This document shows, in pieces, positions 7,309 through 11,324 of a DNA stretch of 11,324 nt (its first letter is position 1; every line of letters begins with the position of its first letter). Origin of the DNA: Gemmatimonadota bacterium (GTDB lineage Bacteria > Latescibacterota > UBA2968 > UBA8231); contig JAYPJE010000096.1 of assembly GCA_038128265.1 (NCBI GenBank), forward strand, positions 1 to 11,324. Direction: 5' to 3'. The position numbers were made by a program, and so were the translations under genes. The notes under the pieces are model-generated. The model worked only from the letters and a program-made list of their open reading frames with translations, made no database searches and was not told where the DNA came from.

Positions 7309-8292
7309 TTAGAGCGTTTCCAACAGATTGTTGGCCATCGCGAGGCCACTGGTGAAGGCGGCTTCAACGCGGCCCTGAATAAGCCAGTCTCCGCAAACGC
7401 CAATGTGCTGATCGGGGCTTATGAAATGGGTTGGTCCCGCTTGCTTTTCGATATTGGCAAAGCGCCAGGCGTGAACGGCTTTGTGCGGAGCGTTGCCTAC
7501 GTCGATCCCGATGACGGCGCTGGTCTGATCGCATAGGTAATCCATAACCCAATCTCGGTTGTCCTCCATGTGCTTGTCGGCCCATGCGTTGGTCGAATGG
7601 ACCAGCAGGCTGCACGCCTCGCCTCTGCCGGGCTTCGAGCTGTTGAGGGATATCCAGCTGATGTCTCGGCCGCGCACTAGCGCCGCGTCAAACTCGATGG
7701 GAATGGGTCGAGGAAAGCCCAGCATAAGGGCAAAGCACCCGCGCATCGGAGGCGCAGACAGCGCCGAATGGAATGGCAGTGATGCGGGCAATAGGTCGGA
7801 GGCCTGCTGCGCGGGAACACTTGATATAACCCCATCGTATGCGCCCAGCGAAATGCCCTGTTCATCGAGCAGTGTCCACTGGTCGCCCTGTCGCTGCACA
7901 GATACGACGCGCGTGCCGAGTCGAATGTCGAGGCCACGGCTCAGATATTTGCCGATCGCGCTCATGCCGGGCACGCCGACGTAGTGGGGAAATTCTTCGT
8001 CCCACTGCCGACTTTGAACGATGGTCGTGTCATCAATCTCAGCGAAGCGCGCGTCCCATCGTTGCACGGTACCGTCTCGCAGCATGGGGTCTATGCAGGC
8101 GCGGAATGCATCGGATCGGACCTTAAAAAACTGTGCCCCGTGATCAAAGGCGTATGGGTCCGCCCGCCGCGTTGATAGCCGACCGCTCACTCCGCGCGAT
8201 TTTTCAAAGAGGGTTACGTTTGCGCGCTGTTGTAATTGGTTGGCAGCAGTGAGCCCCGCAAGGCCGGTCCCTATGACGGCGAGGTGTTTCAT
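7309..8292 (-). CDS. Renalase-like FAD/NAD(P)-dependent oxidoreductase (COG3380 type), 327 aa
   Basis: AVIGTGLAG (GxGxxG), [39 protein letters not shown] and [17 protein letters not shown]. Start set at ATG 8292 (MKHLAVIG), directly before the Rossmann strand. Confidence 0.88.
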   Translation of the reverse strand: MKHLAVIGTGLAGLTAANQLQQRANVTLFEKSRGVSGRLSTRRADPYAFDHGAQFFKVRSDAFRACIDPMLRDGTVQRWDARFAEIDDTTIVQSRQWDEEFPHYVGVPGMSAIGKYLSRGLDIRLGTRVVSVQRQGDQWTLLDEQGISLGAYDGVISSVPAQQASDLLPASLPFHSALSAPPMRGCFALMLGFPRPIPIEFDAALVRGRDISWISLNSSKPGRGEACSLLVHSTNAWADKHMEDNRDWVMDYLCDQTSAVIGIDVGNAPHKAVHAWRFANIEKQAGPTHFISPDQHIGVCGDWLIQGRVEAAFTSGLAMANNLLETL

Positions 8293-8448
8293 GTGTAGAC
8301 TTTCCCGGTGTGAATCGCGCCGCAACGCATAGTTGCCCCGTTTGCGACCAGATCCTTACTTAGCTACGTCATCTCACACGGTGTTGGACTAGTGCCGCAC
8401 ACCGTTTCTTCGCACGCTACGAATCTACTCGAAAGTGATGCAGATGCT

Positions 8449-10776
8449 ATGAGCGAGAACGCGATCAGTCCACTATGCCTTCGCTACGAACAGCCAGCCG
8501 AGCAGTGGACGGAGGCTCTACCCGTGGGCAATGGTCGCCTCGGTGCCATGGTGCGCGGTGGAGTGCATACCGAGCACATTCAGTTCAACGAAGATACCGT
8601 ATGGAAGGGACGGCCCCACGACTACGCACGCGCGGGTGCCCATGCGCACGTTGACGAACTGTGCCAACTGACAGCGGACGCGCTGGCGTGCGAACGAAAC
8701 GGGGACTGGGAGCGAGCCGCGCTGTTACAGAAGCAGGCGGAAGCGCGCGCAATGGATGTGTTTATGTCGCAGCCGCTCGGACAAATGGCTTACCAGCCCA
8801 CGGGCGACCTCTTTATCGACGTGCTCGGCATTGAATCGTATGAAGCATACGAACGCACGCTCGACTTGGACCGAGGTATTGCCGAAGTATCCTATCTCAG
8901 CGGCGGCACGCGCTACCGCCGCCGGGTCTGTGCATCGCATCCGGATCAGTGCATTGTCGTGCAGCTATCGGCCGATCGCGCTGGGGCACTTAGCTGTGCT
9001 CTGCGCTTAGTCAGCCCGCATCACAGCAGTCTGCGCGTGGTAGACGAGGGGGCCGTGCTGAGCGGCTGGGTGCAGGAAGACGGTATCCACTTTGCCGCTC
9101 ATTTGGCCGTGCAGAGCGACGGTGCGGTTGAGGTCCGAGGCGATCAACTGTCGATACATGCGGCGAGCGAAATCGTGCTCTACTTGGTTGCCGCGACAAA
9201 CTTTGTCGATTTTCGCGACCTGAGCGCGGATGCTAACAGTCGCTGCACCGCGTATATGGCACCGCTGCGAACGCGTGCGTGCGAAGCGGTTATCGCTGAT
9301 CACGTGCGCGATCATCAGGCGCTCTTTCGCCGCGTTGATATCGACTTGGGCAATTCCCCCTCCGCCAATAGCCCCACCCTGGAGCGCCTACTCAACGAGG
9401 ACAAGGCCGGCGACCCGCAGCTAGCCGCGCTCTATTTTCAGTTTGGTCGCTACTTGCTAATTGCCAGTTCGCGGCCCGGCGCTCAGCCGGCCAACCTGCA
9501 GGGGATTTGGAACGACCAGCTACAGCCGCCTTGGGATAGTAAGTGGACAGTTAATATCAATACGGAGATGAACTACTGGCCGGCCGAGTTGACGAACCTG
9601 TCCGAATGTCACGAGCCGCTCTTTTCCATGCTGGAAGACCTCAGTATGAGCGGCGCGCTGACGGCTCAGCAGCACTATGGTGCGCGCGGGTGGGTCCTGC
9701 ACCACAACGCCGACCTCTGGCGTGGCAGTGCGCCGATCAACGCCTCTAATCACGGTATTTGGCCCACCGGCGGTGCCTGGCTGTGCCAACACCTGTGGTG
9801 GCGCTACGAGTTTACCGGCGATCGTTCGTTTCTATCTCGCGCCTACCCCATTCTCAAAGGGGCGAGTCTGTTTTTTGTCGACGTGCTGCGCGAAGATAGG
9901 GCGACTGGCTGGCTTATTTCGCCGCTGTCCAACTCACCCGAGTTGGGCGGTCTGGTCGCCGGGCCGACGATGGATCACCAGATTATACGGACGCTGTTTG
10001 GCCACACGGCGCAGGCGGGTCGCTTGCTGGGTATGGATGATGATTTTTGCCAGCAGCTCGACGCACTGTGCCAGCGCATTGCGCCCAATCAAGTTGGTCG
10101 GCACGGACAGCTGCAGGAGTGGCTTGCAGACAAAGACGATCCGGAGGAAACGCATCGCCACGTTTCGCATCTGTGGGGTCTGCACCCCGGCGAGGAAATA
10201 ACCGAGCACACGCCGGATACCTTTGCGGCGGCCGAGCAGTCACTGCGCTTTCGCGGCGATGCGGGGACTGGCTGGTCCATGGGATGGAAGATTAATTTTT
10301 GGGCGCGCCTCAAAGACGGCGATCACGCGCTGGAAATGCTGCACCGGCAACTGCGTCTGACGGGCTCGAGCCGCACGGAGTACGACGGTGGTGGCACCTA
10401 TGCCAACCTGTTTGACGCCCATCCTCCCTTTCAGATAGACGGCAATTTCGGCGCGACTTCGGGCATGGCTGAAATGCTCTTGCAGTCGCACGCCGGCTAC
10501 ATCGAGCTATTGCCCGCTCTGCCCCGTCTGTGGTCGGCCGGGCACGTGCGAGGGCTGTGCGCGCGCGGCGGGTTTGTCGTCGACATAGCGTGGAGGGAAA
10601 ACCGCCTCGCGTCTGCTCGCATCGAGGCCAAAGTGGATGCTATTTGTCGTCTGCGCACGTCGGAACCAATAGTCATTCTACGCGGTGAAGAAACGGTGGC
10701 GTCGGAGCGCGACGAGCATGGTGTCACGGCGTTTCCGGCGCGTGGTGGCAGCTCGTACGCTATTCGAACGGCATAG
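8449..10776 (+). CDS. Glycoside hydrolase family 95 (alpha-1,2-L-fucosidase / alpha-L-galactosidase), ~775 aa
   Basis: [86 protein letters not shown] and [16 protein letters not shown]. Start is uncertain (ATG 8449 preferred, GTG 8392 possible). No signal peptide visible. Confidence 0.93.
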   Translation: MSENAISPLCLRYEQPAEQWTEALPVGNGRLGAMVRGGVHTEHIQFNEDTVWKGRPHDYARAGAHAHVDELCQLTADALACERNGDWERAALLQKQAEARAMDVFMSQPLGQMAYQPTGDLFIDVLGIESYEAYERTLDLDRGIAEVSYLSGGTRYRRRVCASHPDQCIVVQLSADRAGALSCALRLVSPHHSSLRVVDEGAVLSGWVQEDGIHFAAHLAVQSDGAVEVRGDQLSIHAASEIVLYLVAATNFVDFRDLSADANSRCTAYMAPLRTRACEAVIADHVRDHQALFRRVDIDLGNSPSANSPTLERLLNEDKAGDPQLAALYFQFGRYLLIASSRPGAQPANLQGIWNDQLQPPWDSKWTVNINTEMNYWPAELTNLSECHEPLFSMLEDLSMSGALTAQQHYGARGWVLHHNADLWRGSAPINASNHGIWPTGGAWLCQHLWWRYEFTGDRSFLSRAYPILKGASLFFVDVLREDRATGWLISPLSNSPELGGLVAGPTMDHQIIRTLFGHTAQAGRLLGMDDDFCQQLDALCQRIAPNQVGRHGQLQEWLADKDDPEETHRHVSHLWGLHPGEEITEHTPDTFAAAEQSLRFRGDAGTGWSMGWKINFWARLKDGDHALEMLHRQLRLTGSSRTEYDGGGTYANLFDAHPPFQIDGNFGATSGMAEMLLQSHAGYIELLPALPRLWSAGHVRGLCARGGFVVDIAWRENRLASARIEAKVDAICRLRTSEPIVILRGEETVASERDEHGVTAFPARGGSSYAIRTA

Positions 10777-10816
10777 AAAGTTTGTTGTATGCATCAGCCA
10801 AATCGAAAGGAACGCC

Positions 10817-11324
10817 GTGAGTCAAAACAATGAACCGATCGCCGATAGCGGCCTAAGCGCTTGTATGGGCGCACCGCAGATGGACATACAGGATCTCTTT
10901 GCCGACGAGCGCTTTCCCAACGTCGTCGTTGCCCTCGACGGCTCGGTCGTGGCGACCTGGGGCGCTAAGCACTTGGTGGTGCGCCGTAGCGAAGATGGCG
11001 GTGCCACTTGGGGATCTGTTATTCCCGTGGGCGATGGCATTCACGCCGGTGGCACCACGGTCGACGAGGCAACGGGCGAGATTCTTTTCTTTGGGCACCC
11101 CGAACACCCGCCCAAAGAGGGTATTGCGGCGCCGCGCACCCTCTACTGCAGCGCGGATGGGGGCTGTACCTGGCGGGAACGAGCGGCAGAATACGCATTG
11201 GATGGGGATGGCTTCCTGCCCTCTCTGCATTTTGCCGAGCACGGTATTGCCCTGCGCGCTGGAGAACATGCAGGTAGGCTGCTGCGCCCGGCGCGCGTAT
11301 ACAGCGTGCGCGGCGGCTATAACC
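10817..11324 (+). CDS. Partial (runs off window) BNR/Asp-box sialidase-fold protein, GH33-like
   Basis: Not in the ORF track. I translated it by hand from GTG 10817 (AAAGGA RBS upstream) and it stays open for 169 codons to the edge: MSQNNEPIADSGLSACMGAPQMDIQDLFADERFPNVVVALDGSVVATWGAKHLVVRRSEDGGATWG...LYCSADGGCTWRE...HGIALRAGEHAGRLLRP. It has an RIP-like RFP motif and two Asp boxes, and starts 40 bp after GH95 on the same strand. Confidence 0.82.
   Translation, partial: MSQNNEPIADSGLSACMGAPQMDIQDLFADERFPNVVVALDGSVVATWGAKHLVVRRSEDGGATWGSVIPVGDGIHAGGTTVDEATGEILFFGHPEHPPKEGIAAPRTLYCSADGGCTWRERAAEYALDGDGFLPSLHFAEHGIALRAGEHAGRLLRPARVYSVRGGYN

Noticed and set aside
7287..7403. Extended SDR N-terminus overlapping the renalase-like gene, suggesting a fusion or frameshift
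   Set aside because: A strong RBS precedes ATG 7286 and both proteins are complete on their own.
8305..8381. Possible structured RNA or riboswitch in the renalase/GH95 spacer (GTGTGA...TCACAC enclosing GCAAC-N5-GTTGC)
   Set aside because: The stems are short and imperfect, and I recognise no riboswitch consensus. It would need an Rfam or covariation search.
10853..11277. Track ORFs 10853-11269 (-) and 11008-11277 (+)
   Set aside because: They are shadows of the Asp-box gene starting at 10817, which has an RBS and clear motifs.
1..11324. CRISPR arrays, IS elements, integrases, tRNA/rRNA, toxin-antitoxin or anti-phage genes
   Set aside because: No regularly spaced repeats, terminal inverted repeats or relevant protein motifs were seen. 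All spacers are under 200 bp.

Overview
A GC-rich, densely coding bacterial window with no rRNA, tRNA, CRISPR array, mobile element or long repeat that I can see. It holds eight complete genes and one gene running off the right edge. In order: a PhyH-type Fe(II)/2-oxoglutarate dioxygenase (-); a photolyase-family protein with apparently inverted domain order, resembling the NewPHL class (+); a second PhyH dioxygenase (+); an iodotyrosine deiodinase-type nitroreductase (-); a DUF4962/heparinase II-III (PL15-like) lyase (+); a CsgA-like SDR and a renalase-like FAD oxidoreductase forming a probable two-gene operon (-); a GH95 alpha-L-fucosidase/galactosidase (+); and a partial Asp-box sialidase-fold protein missing from the ORF track (+). 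Two functional themes are interleaved. One is light/UV stress: photolyase, renalase-like and CsgA-like SDR, with an 11/12-bp motif shared upstream of both units. The other is apparently cytoplasmic processing of uronate and fucose glycans, with a halotyrosine dehalogenase transcribed divergently from the lyase. All family calls come from motif recognition by eye, with no database search. I found no clearly new multi-gene machine. The best leads are the permuted photolyase, the deiodinase/lyase divergon and the possible split light regulon.
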